DNA from: Sphingobacteriaceae bacterium
GTDB lineage: Bacteria; Bacteroidota; Bacteroidia; UBA7662
Reading direction: 5' to 3'
DNA length: 64,000 nt
NCBI GenBank assembly: GCA_030682795.1
Contig: JAUXNJ010000031.1
Location: 49,772 to 113,771 of the forward strand
How positions within the stretch are numbered: position 1 is the first letter of the stretch; the number at the start of each line of letters is the position of its first letter. The position numbers were made by a program, and so were the translations under genes. This document shows, piece by piece, positions 47,901 through 56,635 of the stretch. The notes below the pieces were generated by a model, which saw nothing but the letters and a program-made list of their open reading frames with translations, was not told the DNA's origin and made no database searches.

Positions 47901-49709
47901 TGGAAATTGATTGAGTTGTCGTTGCCTTAAAGCAAGCCGCAGGGTATCATTTTCTGGTCGCATGTCCAAAACAGAGTCCACGCGAATTTCTAACTGGTAA
48001 TTTGCTGCTGTACCAAAAGTCAAACTATCATTAAACTGAAGTAGCATGGTTTGGCCTGGACCTAAGCCAAGCGTAAAACGTTGACTCATTACTTGTTGTG
48101 AATTCAAGTATGCTCCCAAACGCAAAGTGCTTAAACTGTCGATACCCAAATTACGCACAACAACGCGAAGCGGCTCTTTGGCATTAAAACTGCATACAGT
48201 AGCCAATGGATGCAGTACATTTAACAATTGAACATCGGTTTGAACTTGATCGAACTCAAAAACACCTGGATCAGGCTGTTGATTACGAAAAAAGCCCGTA
48301 ATATCAGTCAAAACCCAGGGCACTAAAAAGCCGATATTATTTAAGGAAGGATGGGACGGCAGGCTATTTTTTGCATTTACAAAACTTGGATCAGCCTGCA
48401 CACTATTTATATCCCAATTGGTGTTGTTTCTCCAATTAGCTAAAGTAGTAAAAGTAGCTGCAGGCTGCTGTAACTCGAAATAGCTTTGAGCTGTGAGGGG
48501 AAGTCCGTAGGCATTATAATCAAGCAAAGTACCTACTGTAGGGGCCGTTTGGGCCATCACCGCACGAAAATTGGCGGGGAGTGCCGGCGTACCGACCGTA
48601 TCAAACGCAAACAAATTATTAAAAACCCCGAGGGTATCTACTCCGCTGGTAAAGCCATTGATAAACAGCAAGGCCTGTTGTGGTAATTGACGGCCACCAA
48701 TTACACGCAAGCGAATGCTGTTGTGCGCTAAAATCAATAATTCAGGCGTTGAACTATCTCCTTCCAGCCAAAAAATGCGATTTTGCAGTTGTGCACTGCT
48801 GTTCAAAGTATCTGTATATCCAAAGACTTCGTTGTTATACACCCTATTTTCAAGCGCCAGGTTTGCTATAGCTCCTTGAATGTGGAGTGCGCTTGGACTG
48901 ATAGCTCCCAAAAAACGATTGTTAAATAGCTGAAGCCCCTCCACTTGGCTTATTTTAACCGCTGCAAAAGAAGTAGTGCTACCTTGAGCATTCCAGAACG
49001 CATTGGCAAACACCTGGAGCTGCTGTTGCGCTTGTAATTGAAGTGCGGTGCCTTTGAAGTTTTCCCAGCGATTGGCATGAATCGTGCTGCCTTTGGCGTT
49101 GCCTATTGGCGCAAAAACCACGGCGGTACTGAATCCCTGAAATTGATTGGAATCGAGCTGCAGGCTATCGGATTGTCCCACCCAAAGTGCCTGATTGAGC
49201 AAGCGTCGGTCTGCTGAACTGTCTTTAAATCGGTTTTTTGACAAACGATGGCCGCTACCGCCAGTAATACGCAGCAGTGGGCCTGGGTTCAGCATGCTCA
49301 AAGTCCTTTCCCATTCTAAATTTTCCAGCCACCAACTGCCACCACTGATCACAAAACTTTCGGTTTGAAGGGCGTTAATGGGTCGGGTAAACCTTACGGG
49401 GGAAGCAGCTGTAATACGTACTAAGTGCCTTTGTCCTGGAAGCGTTGGAAGCACATAACGTCCTTCATAAAGCCCTGGTGCCAACTGCAAAGTAACCGGG
49501 CCTTGAACACCCGCACATTGCAAAGCAGTGATGGCTGCTTCTAAGCTGGGATAATTTGCTCCAGCAGTACCAACGGTATAACTACCTGCCGCAATTGGTT
49601 GGCATTGGGCCTGTGCGCTAACAGCCAGCAGCAGTTGCCAGGCCGTTATCATTCCCCAGGAGGCTAAAAATCGTCCAGCACAAGCAAGCATCGTACGCAA
49701 ATCGTTCAT
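44964..49709 (-). CDS. Large T9SS cargo protein (beta-helix, CARDB/Ig-like, MAM-like domains, type A CTD), paralog B
   Basis: GSYTVGTAGANYPSLEAAITALQCAG; TGPATD..GHYLYFDAS and DWAIDN (MAM-like); CTD LYPNPA...WANGLYQYRL; start chosen at ATG 49709. Confidence 0.85.
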   Translation of the reverse strand: MNDLRTMLACAGRFLASWGMITAWQLLLAVSAQAQCQPIAAGSYTVGTAGANYPSLEAAITALQCAGVQGPVTLQLAPGLYEGRYVLPTLPGQRHLVRITAASPVRFTRPINALQTESFVISGGSWWLENLEWERTLSMLNPGPLLRITGGSGHRLSKNRFKDSSADRRLLNQALWVGQSDSLQLDSNQFQGFSTAVVFAPIGNAKGSTIHANRWENFKGTALQLQAQQQLQVFANAFWNAQGSTTSFAAVKISQVEGLQLFNNRFLGAISPSALHIQGAIANLALENRVYNNEVFGYTDTLNSSAQLQNRIFWLEGDSSTPELLILAHNSIRLRVIGGRQLPQQALLFINGFTSGVDTLGVFNNLFAFDTVGTPALPANFRAVMAQTAPTVGTLLDYNAYGLPLTAQSYFELQQPAATFTTLANWRNNTNWDINSVQADPSFVNAKNSLPSHPSLNNIGFLVPWVLTDITGFFRNQQPDPGVFEFDQVQTDVQLLNVLHPLATVCSFNAKEPLRVVVRNLGIDSLSTLRLGAYLNSQQVMSQRFTLGLGPGQTMLLQFNDSLTFGTAANYQLEIRVDSVLDMRPENDTLRLALRQRQLNQFPFAETFEQLLPGAQQTQLGWSNRSTGNVAWRVQRGPTPTAFTGPATDASGLSTGHYLYFDASLGQPGDTAFFLIECIDLNSLPSPQFSYRLHGYGADLGSLQLEQRVAGQWLPLGAPLVGQQQNSADAAWVTRRSFVQNGADALRFIGVRGNGPRSDWAIDNLQFAPVLGDELVLDSVQVQLDPCSLSGNLSAVFFVRNDGTTILTPRVGIQIGQAPPVFRQVSRVFQPFDSDTVHLQLPFNSSSETLVKFFAANIGDVEFVNDTISLRLQRNGSVSNYPYFEGFENTGAWSHTGQNSSWQRSQPAAFALNSAFSGTSAWVTSPTGLPNTAERSALESPCFDFSNLIKPQLAFAIQYLMGDRMAAQLQYSTNGGSSWQPLGSLFTGENWYNRPVPPGLNRPGAFWSGNSEGWRQCRHDLSFLAGQASVKFRFRFFNDFDTSSFISALEGLAVDAFEIKESPGAFAYQTSLMPATHCSPQPHLVSTRVARAGSLQTIHLRFAVNGGAEVAVPMVVQANGTYTASIPAQAAGALVQWRILTQSDTLLSSPIQSYMDGFLQTALADVSAPQRSQHSFDAGLATTSAFSVGLAGIDSARGVWFKIEAKRKLELSGIELQITRFTGIDAYLLGEEPGTGSVNQQRMRLLGSTRGNTPGGFSPLMFETPMQLNAGQTALLFVQGLHEHDFRVEHLSQATTMEDNNIRVFAGRKGAAPFGFSNQIALPSARLLVRNPADSIRWRNAAGQLLGNANQHQRQMAATPDLVVLQLYNNGCVYNDTALFIPSGTIDLGVVALLQPVLTDVQPGVFYPVKVAIRNFGSLNISNYTMAYRVNGVELSVSPVERLIPAGDTIHYTFSQSWTWVEAGAIVFCAYPENLSLDVLNSNDTLCQARFPTSVSETALGGFKLYPNPAQDYFWLESTKASSNAWLSVYDAHGRCVHQEQLQLEAGERQRVDCSQWANGLYQYRLWQAQEHSSGRILLQR

Positions 49710-49782
49710 TTTACTAAAATTAAGAGGCACAAGCAGCAGCTTAAACCTTTCAAATTTACCAAATTCAAGGCAGCTAGAAATG

Positions 49783-49810
49783 AAAAAACCACCCGAAGGT
49801 GGCTCTTTTT
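49783..49810 (-). terminator. Intrinsic terminator (UUCG loop) downstream of the CTD relic
   Basis: Minus strand GCCACC-TTCG-GGTGGT-TTTTT. Confidence 0.8.
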
Positions 49811-49826
49811 AAATTTTAATGCGCGC

Positions 49827-50072
49827 TTAACGTGTAACTACCGATTTTTTACTCAAATTATAATCCGTTCTGTTGCATGCTCAAATAATACATACCAGCT
49901 CGTAAATCCCTGATGTCCAACAACCAATCAGCTTCTTCAGGCGAGACTTGTTTTGCTGCATGCGTCGTCCGAAGGCATCGCGTGACTGGAAGATTGCAGC
50001 GCCCTCCCACTGCATCGACCAACGTACCAAGGTATGGTACCGAGCTGGATTAGGATATCGTTGCGGTTTTGC
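49827..50072 (-). pseudogene. Frameshifted orphan T9SS type A C-terminal sorting domain relic
   Basis: Three minus-strand frames join as YPNPARYHTLVRWSMQWEGAAIFQSRDAFGRRMQQ / QVSPEEADWLLDIRDLRAGMYYLSMQQNG / LSKKSVVTR*, the full YPNP...D..G...LD...L..GMY.L...K.VV* CTD pattern. Confidence 0.75.
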
Positions 50073-50073
50073 C

Positions 50074-50103
50074 AAAAAAAACCGGCTTCTTTCGAAGCCG
50101 GTT
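50074..50103 (-). terminator. Intrinsic terminator after T9SS paralog A
   Basis: Minus strand AACCGGCTTC-GAAA-GAAGCCGGTT-TTTTTT. Confidence 0.88.
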
Positions 50104-50122
50104 CAAATCAAACAATCTGTTA

Positions 50123-53100
50123 CTATTTGCCAACGATAAATTTACCATGTTCCATCTGGCCGGCAACCACCAAACGATAAGTGTACATGCCCGCAGCATA
50201 GGTTTGGGTACTCAATTGCCAAACATGAGCGGTACTTAAATCTATTAACTCCTGATGAAGGGTCTTTCCAAGTTGATCTAATATCAATAGATTGGCTTGG
50301 CCTTGTTGCGCTTTAAATTCAAAATTCACAAAGTCCTTAGCTGGGTTCGGATAAATCCTTGATACTAATTGTAAATCATTCACCGATAAAGCCATAAAGG
50401 TTACACAACTGGTATCATTATTTAAATTCACGTCACCAGTGGCGCCTTTTACATAGGCACAAAGGGTAACATCGCCTCCAGCTATCGGAGTCCAGTTTTG
50501 ACTGAAAATGTGATGGATGGTGTCACCGGGCTGAATTGTCCCAGAAATCGGATTTGCATTAATTTCTACCCCATCAATTGCGTAGGCCACATCAAAACCG
50601 GTAATTGGATCCGTCCCAAAGTTTTCAATCACCACTTCCACAAAAGTAAGGTCGTTTAACTCCGGATTGGTTGGGCTGATGATACTAGCTACTCCAACAT
50701 CTACTACATTGTTGGCAGTTACAAACACCGTAACTGAATCGCTTTTGCTGCACGTTGAGTCAGAAATAGTAACCACATAAGTAGTTGTTGCCAAGGGCGC
50801 TACATTTAACGTGTCGGTTGTGGCCAAAACCGCAGTTCCGCCAAGCTCTGTCCAAACCACATCTGCATTAGAACGATACCCTACAGAACCGTTAAAGCTC
50901 CTCGTGGCGATGGTTGGCGTTGGCGCAGTGCCACCAAAACCGGCTCCAACCCCGGTGTAGATTACGATATTGCCATCTGTAAAGGTATCTACCATGGCCG
51001 CTGAATGGGTAGTATACACCGTACTTCCACTGGTAACGGCATAGAAAAAGCCATAGGTTTGTCCCGCTGGAATAAGCAAATTACCTGGGATAGCCACCGC
51101 GCTCAAAGCTGCGCCACCAGCTGTGCCGGTATTGCCAACAAGCGCCGCTGCACCATTCACAATTTGGACCCACGGAGCTGTAGAAACATTCGGTGCAGCA
51201 GTGATGGGCGTAGGCTGGTACCATACCGATACGCTGGCTGTGTTTCCAATCGTACCATAAATGGGCACATAAAGGGAATCCATCACCACGGCATTTATAG
51301 CACGAAGGTTAAAGCTTACGCCACTTGATCCGTTACCACCGGTTCGCATGGCATCAACAATATTACTTCCAGCTATGCCGTTACCGGTAGCACGTAAACT
51401 GGCCGTATCGCCCGCCACAATGGTGGTATCTGCGCCGGCATCAATTTGCAAATAATCATCTACATAGCTAAATACCAAAGAGGTATCTACCAATCCGGCA
51501 GAATCAACCACTGTAACAAAATAGGATACAGATGTAGCTGGCATGCCGGCAGGAATAGTGGCAGTCCACAAAGAATCTGTTGTATTGAACACCATGGCTA
51601 CATCTACAAAAGTTGAAGAGGCAGCGGTATCGTAATGCAACCGTACATTAGTAAGTGGACTGAAAGCACGAACCGCTGTTTGAATGGTGCGAGGCAATAC
51701 GGTGCAGGAGTCGGCAGCTTCAGTCACGAAGGTAATAACAGGATCCATCGGCACACGCACCCTGAAATTATCAATGCCGGTGCCCTCATAATTCACGGAA
51801 CCATCTGATTGAAAAGTAACCCTGAACAGTACACTTCCTTGATTATCTAAATCCGCCAAAGAATGTGCGGCCGTTAGCCAACCTTGTGCTGTTAAACGGT
51901 TGGTCCAAACTGGTTGTCCAGACATAGGGCCATTGCTATTTTGATTATTATACCAATTGCTAATTCCGCCATTCAGACTGCCCAAGAGCGTCCAATTGGC
52001 ACCGCCATCGATACTGTAATAGAGTTGCGAACCGTCCCAATTGTTTTCACTATCGCGCATGATATCGAGCTCCAAAATGGCGCCCTCAATGTTCGAAAAA
52101 TCAAAACAAGGCGACTGAATGTAGCTGTTTTCATTCGGATTATAGGTGCCAGTTAAATTGGTTACCCAAGCATGCGTGCCGCTCGCTGCGGTATCGATAT
52201 TCGTATTATTTGGCACACCCAAGGCCCAACTGTTGTTAACGCCTCCTGTTGTCCAGCCTATTCCTCCTGTTTCAAAATCCTCGGCATAAGGCAGTGTGCT
52301 TATAAGCGGTATGCTCGAGATATTTATACTAATGCTATCGTTATTCGAGTCGCCATCTCCCACCAAGCTGGCGTATACCTGCAAAGTGTAAAAGCCTGGC
52401 GTACTCAAATCCAAAGGTGTTACGAAACTAAACACCGCAGTATCTCCCGGCAGTACTTGCTGAACCAAAGTATCGGTAACCACTGCGCCGGCATTAAGTA
52501 CGTAGGCCATAGGCACAGTACTGAGGGTGTCTTGGCCACTGTTCACGATTTGTACACTCACAATTTCATTTGCCGTGAAACCACAACCTGAAACGGCAGG
52601 ACTTAAAACAGCATTTACAGCTACATCTAAGGAAGGGCTCTCCAAAATACGAATGTCGTCCAAGGCCACATCGCCGTTAAAACTGCCACCACGAACAACC
52701 ACAAAACGAATGGCTTCTGCAGCAGCTGGAATGAGTGCCCTGCGCATTACAAATGGATCAGCACTTGTCGATTGCTGCGGGCCGGTTAGCACGTCGATTT
52801 GTTGCCAAACACCTGCCACATCGGCCTGCACCATTAGTCCCGTAATATCGCTACCAAACATGTGGTAATGGTATTCCAATACTGGCAAATTCAAGCTCGA
52901 CATATCTAAACAAGGCGACAGCAAAAAAGCCGTATCGCCCGCTACTCCGAAAGAAGCCTCTGTAAAAATATATTTACCAGCAGGTGTTCCCAGGGTATTG
53001 TCGGTGGCCGGTCCGGTTGCCGTGCTACTGGTAGGACCATTGGTGATTTCAAAAACAAAAGCGCCTGTGGCTGAAGTTGACCAACCATCGGGGAAACTGG

Positions 53101-55837
53101 CAGGCACACCATTGCTCATTTGTTCAAAATTTTGTACCAACGGAAAAACAGAAACCAATGGATTCAGGATGGTTTGACTGATTGTATCGTTAAGGGGATT
53201 TCCGTCGCCAACCAAAGCTACTATGGCCTGGATATCGTATGCTCCACCTACGGCCATGTTTACTGTTTGACTGAAAGTATAAGTGCTAAATGCACCTGGT
53301 GCGATGGAAGTATTGATGGTATCGTTTACCAGCAAACTTCCATTAAAGTACAGGGAAGCCTGAAAGGTAGATACGGTATCTTGACCATTATTTACAAACT
53401 CAACGCTTACCAATTCAGCATTTGTTAATCCACAATTTTGCATTGGCGATAGTAATTGGGCAATGCCCATATCCAAAGCTGAAGGTTCAAATTCATACGC
53501 CCCAATATCTGGTGTGATTGCATTTCGGGGCATTCCAGCTACATCTGTAAATACATAAGGAATTGGCAGTCCTAAATTATTCATACTCGCAGCACTGGGT
53601 ACTGGAGTTGTTAGAGCCGCCATGGTAGGATCTACACTCACCGAGTTTGAATCCTGTTGCGGATAATTCAATCTCCATGCCGCCAAATCAGTAAAACTTC
53701 CAGCTGGGGAGTTTACTTTAAATAGGTCATTGCTTCCATTGACGATAAAATAATTATTATGATCGAACACCATGGAGTCTGCCACACCGGGAATTGACAA
53801 AGTAAGCACCCTGAAATTAGCAGGCACATTACTAGCAATAGCAGTCAAATTATTATTCTTGACCAAGGTTTTACCAAAAGCTGGAACAGTTGCCGAGCCG
53901 CCAGTAGCATAAAACAAGGCGTTTAAAGTAGAGGTGGAAGTACTGTTCACTTCAACATGCACCGTATTGTTTACAATTTCGACGTAATCAACCGGATTTG
54001 GCGGTGTGGCCGTAGCACTAAAACTGGCAAACAAATAAATAGGATTGTATATAGCAGTTGCAGCCAATTGAGGTGCACGAACGCCTGCAATCACATTGTT
54101 GTAGAGAAGTGAAGGCTGACTTTCAGAAGAATTGTAATTTCCCAAATAAATACCATAGCGGCTTAAATTACCTTTGATTTGGTTGTTCGAAATGGTTAAA
54201 AACTCATTACCTGTGGTGTATATACCCCCCGCAACTGTGGAGGTCCCTACAAAGTCATTAATCAGATTACCATCGATAACCAACTGCGACTGATCAGATG
54301 CAAAAATGGCGCGATAGCCAAAATTATTGAAGGTATTGGCTAAAACGTTATTACCTAAACCCGTACCCGTAAGATTGATCCCGAGATTAATCCCCTCAAA
54401 TAAGTTCCCAATTACCGAAACGCCACTGCTCGCAGAGATGCCAATACCTCGGGCCGTAGTAAGGGTGCTTCCCGAAGAATCAATAAACCTACATGCTGAA
54501 ACGGTAGCATTATTTGACCCATTTTGATAATGAATCAAATGTCCGGCACTCGGGTTTGCTGTACGGATAAACGTTAAGCCATTAAAGCTCACACCTGCCG
54601 TACCACTGATGTTTATAATTTCTTGTTGATTACTTGAAGCGTCATGATAAATCAATACATCCGTTGCCATGCCATTAATAGAGGCAAAGGAAATACTATT
54701 CACCCCAGCCCCAGCAATGTTGCTGATATTGGCGGCAGCTTGATAGGTACCCGGCTGTATTAAAAAAGAAACTGGACCAGCAATACCGCCACACTGCATG
54801 GCCGCGATAGCCGCTTCCACATCTAAAAAATTTGCAGCCGTGGCACCGATGCTGTAAGTGCCGCCGGGTAAGGCAGGACAAATAGCTTCTTGCAAAGTAT
54901 CATTGGCTGGATTGTTATCCGCACCTTGACCGTTGATATTGCTCACCCAAACTTTCACCACAAAATTGCTATTAGGCGTTGTAAAGGGCGTTGCAAAGGT
55001 GAAAGGCGCGCTGTTGGCCGATAAAATATTACCCGAAAAACTCTCGGTTACTGGCGGTTGTGAATCGATTTGATAGGTTACTGCCGCTGTGAAAATGGGG
55101 TCGGCGGCAAAATTACCAAGTGTAATGGCTACTTGGCCGGGAGTACCTGCGCCTATAGGAGCTGAAGGTGAAGTAATGGCCTGTACAGCAAGGTCCAAAC
55201 CACTTGGCACTACATAGCTAATCCTAATATTGGGACGGCGGTTACTATAGGAGGCAGAAAAGGTAGTGCCTGCCGTATTGGTGCTCGAACTAATGCCACC
55301 CGCTAAGCCTGTAGCTAGCTCAAAGTGAAAATTGATAACACCTGTGGCCGTTCCATTTCTCTCATGCTCGGCCAAGATTTTTAAGTTACCACCAGTATAT
55401 ATAAAAGGAGTGGCAAAGGGGTGATCAATCCAGCCTCCTCCTGCGGGTAAGTCATAGGTATTGCTTTGATACACGGCCGTTGCATTCATAACTTCCGTAT
55501 TGTAGTTGTTTCCGGCAACAGGAATATCCACTTGGGTCGTATTTGCCATATGGATATTAAAGGTGTGACCACCGCCGGTTAAACCACCAGTTCCAGCCTG
55601 TGCCTGCCACTGAACTCCAGTAATCAAAGCGCCGCTTGGAAGGTTGCTTAGTTCTGCTGCCGTATATAAATAGGCATAATGGGAGTGATTAAAGGATGAT
55701 GCTGCCGAGGATCGGTACAGGGGACCATAAAAATAAGATTGCACCGAAGAATCAACCCCGATCTGGACAAAGGCTTGTCCGTTTGTACTCAAATAAGCCG
55801 TAAAACTCATTAAAAGCAGGAATAGTAGTTTTTTCAT
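50123..55837 (-). CDS. Large T9SS cargo protein (beta-helix, several CARDB/Ig-like and MAM-like domains, type A CTD), paralog A
   Basis: MKKLLFLLL signal at 55837; GTYSIGATAANFLDVEAAIAAMQCGG; TGPATDNTLGTPAGKYIFTEAS...YHMFGSDI...GDVALDDI; CTD IYPNPA...YAAGMYTYRL...KFIVGK. Confidence 0.88.
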   Translation of the reverse strand: MKKLLFLLLMSFTAYLSTNGQAFVQIGVDSSVQSYFYGPLYRSSAASSFNHSHYAYLYTAAELSNLPSGALITGVQWQAQAGTGGLTGGGHTFNIHMANTTQVDIPVAGNNYNTEVMNATAVYQSNTYDLPAGGGWIDHPFATPFIYTGGNLKILAEHERNGTATGVINFHFELATGLAGGISSSTNTAGTTFSASYSNRRPNIRISYVVPSGLDLAVQAITSPSAPIGAGTPGQVAITLGNFAADPIFTAAVTYQIDSQPPVTESFSGNILSANSAPFTFATPFTTPNSNFVVKVWVSNINGQGADNNPANDTLQEAICPALPGGTYSIGATAANFLDVEAAIAAMQCGGIAGPVSFLIQPGTYQAAANISNIAGAGVNSISFASINGMATDVLIYHDASSNQQEIINISGTAGVSFNGLTFIRTANPSAGHLIHYQNGSNNATVSACRFIDSSGSTLTTARGIGISASSGVSVIGNLFEGINLGINLTGTGLGNNVLANTFNNFGYRAIFASDQSQLVIDGNLINDFVGTSTVAGGIYTTGNEFLTISNNQIKGNLSRYGIYLGNYNSSESQPSLLYNNVIAGVRAPQLAATAIYNPIYLFASFSATATPPNPVDYVEIVNNTVHVEVNSTSTSTLNALFYATGGSATVPAFGKTLVKNNNLTAIASNVPANFRVLTLSIPGVADSMVFDHNNYFIVNGSNDLFKVNSPAGSFTDLAAWRLNYPQQDSNSVSVDPTMAALTTPVPSAASMNNLGLPIPYVFTDVAGMPRNAITPDIGAYEFEPSALDMGIAQLLSPMQNCGLTNAELVSVEFVNNGQDTVSTFQASLYFNGSLLVNDTINTSIAPGAFSTYTFSQTVNMAVGGAYDIQAIVALVGDGNPLNDTISQTILNPLVSVFPLVQNFEQMSNGVPASFPDGWSTSATGAFVFEITNGPTSSTATGPATDNTLGTPAGKYIFTEASFGVAGDTAFLLSPCLDMSSLNLPVLEYHYHMFGSDITGLMVQADVAGVWQQIDVLTGPQQSTSADPFVMRRALIPAAAEAIRFVVVRGGSFNGDVALDDIRILESPSLDVAVNAVLSPAVSGCGFTANEIVSVQIVNSGQDTLSTVPMAYVLNAGAVVTDTLVQQVLPGDTAVFSFVTPLDLSTPGFYTLQVYASLVGDGDSNNDSISINISSIPLISTLPYAEDFETGGIGWTTGGVNNSWALGVPNNTNIDTAASGTHAWVTNLTGTYNPNENSYIQSPCFDFSNIEGAILELDIMRDSENNWDGSQLYYSIDGGANWTLLGSLNGGISNWYNNQNSNGPMSGQPVWTNRLTAQGWLTAAHSLADLDNQGSVLFRVTFQSDGSVNYEGTGIDNFRVRVPMDPVITFVTEAADSCTVLPRTIQTAVRAFSPLTNVRLHYDTAASSTFVDVAMVFNTTDSLWTATIPAGMPATSVSYFVTVVDSAGLVDTSLVFSYVDDYLQIDAGADTTIVAGDTASLRATGNGIAGSNIVDAMRTGGNGSSGVSFNLRAINAVVMDSLYVPIYGTIGNTASVSVWYQPTPITAAPNVSTAPWVQIVNGAAALVGNTGTAGGAALSAVAIPGNLLIPAGQTYGFFYAVTSGSTVYTTHSAAMVDTFTDGNIVIYTGVGAGFGGTAPTPTIATRSFNGSVGYRSNADVVWTELGGTAVLATTDTLNVAPLATTTYVVTISDSTCSKSDSVTVFVTANNVVDVGVASIISPTNPELNDLTFVEVVIENFGTDPITGFDVAYAIDGVEINANPISGTIQPGDTIHHIFSQNWTPIAGGDVTLCAYVKGATGDVNLNNDTSCVTFMALSVNDLQLVSRIYPNPAKDFVNFEFKAQQGQANLLILDQLGKTLHQELIDLSTAHVWQLSTQTYAAGMYTYRLVVAGQMEHGKFIVGK

Positions 55838-56185
55838 ATCAAGTATTAATTTTAGAATATATAAAGAACGATATTTAAAAATTAAATACTTTTTAATAGA
55901 GATTAAAATATCATTAAAATCATATAATATTAGAAGACATTTAATTCGTATTAACAATTAAATTTTCATCATATTTAATTTCATCAATTACTATCAGTGA
56001 TTAACAATTCATACTTGTTAAAAAATCAAAAAATATAGCCTCAATCATCAAAACAAGCAGTAAAACCCTGTTTGATTCGAAACCGCAAGTGGCACCTTGC
56101 TTTGAACCCGAAAACGAAATGCTGATTGCCCGGCCTCACTCGGGCGCTAGAGTTGCGTTACAAAAATAGGGGAACGGAGGATGGC

Positions 56186-56635
56186 TCAACGCGCCTTTTT
56201 CACTGCGCTGAAGTATCGCCAGTTAAAAAAAAGCAAGCCGAAGCTTTCACTTGGCTGTTTGTTTACATGCTTGTGGTGCATGCGATGTGCATGGCGAAGG
56301 GCCTTAATGTATGGGATTTCTGGTGTTTTAGCTGCAAAAGTGCGGCGATGTACCAGTACATCGTGCAAATAAAAATAAACACCACCATAAACCGATATTC
56401 CAAGGCCAATCCAAAACCGATAGTCAAAGTCGCCGATACTACCCGCCAGCAATAAGGCAATGCCAATACCAGCAAAAAGCACTGCAAAAAGATCGTTCAG
56501 CTCAAATTTACCTTTGGGACGGTGATGACTCTCATGAATAAACCATAAAGGACCGTGCATAAGGTATTTATGAATAAGTGTGGCAAAAACTTCAATACCC
56601 ACAAAACCTACTAAAAACCAAAATACAATCATCAT
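56186..56635 (-). CDS. crtZ: Beta-carotene hydroxylase
   Basis: HKYLMHG.LWFIHESHH, FELNDLF, HDVLVHRR, AHRMHH, ESFGLL. Confidence 0.92.
   Translation of the reverse strand: MMIVFWFLVGFVGIEVFATLIHKYLMHGPLWFIHESHHRPKGKFELNDLFAVLFAGIGIALLLAGSIGDFDYRFWIGLGISVYGGVYFYLHDVLVHRRTFAAKTPEIPYIKALRHAHRMHHKHVNKQPSESFGLLFFNWRYFSAVKKAR

Noticed and set aside
49881-50075. 64-aa ORF from the track treated as a real gene
   Set aside because: It is only the first reading frame of the frameshifted CTD relic; its TTG start lies in the terminator U tract.
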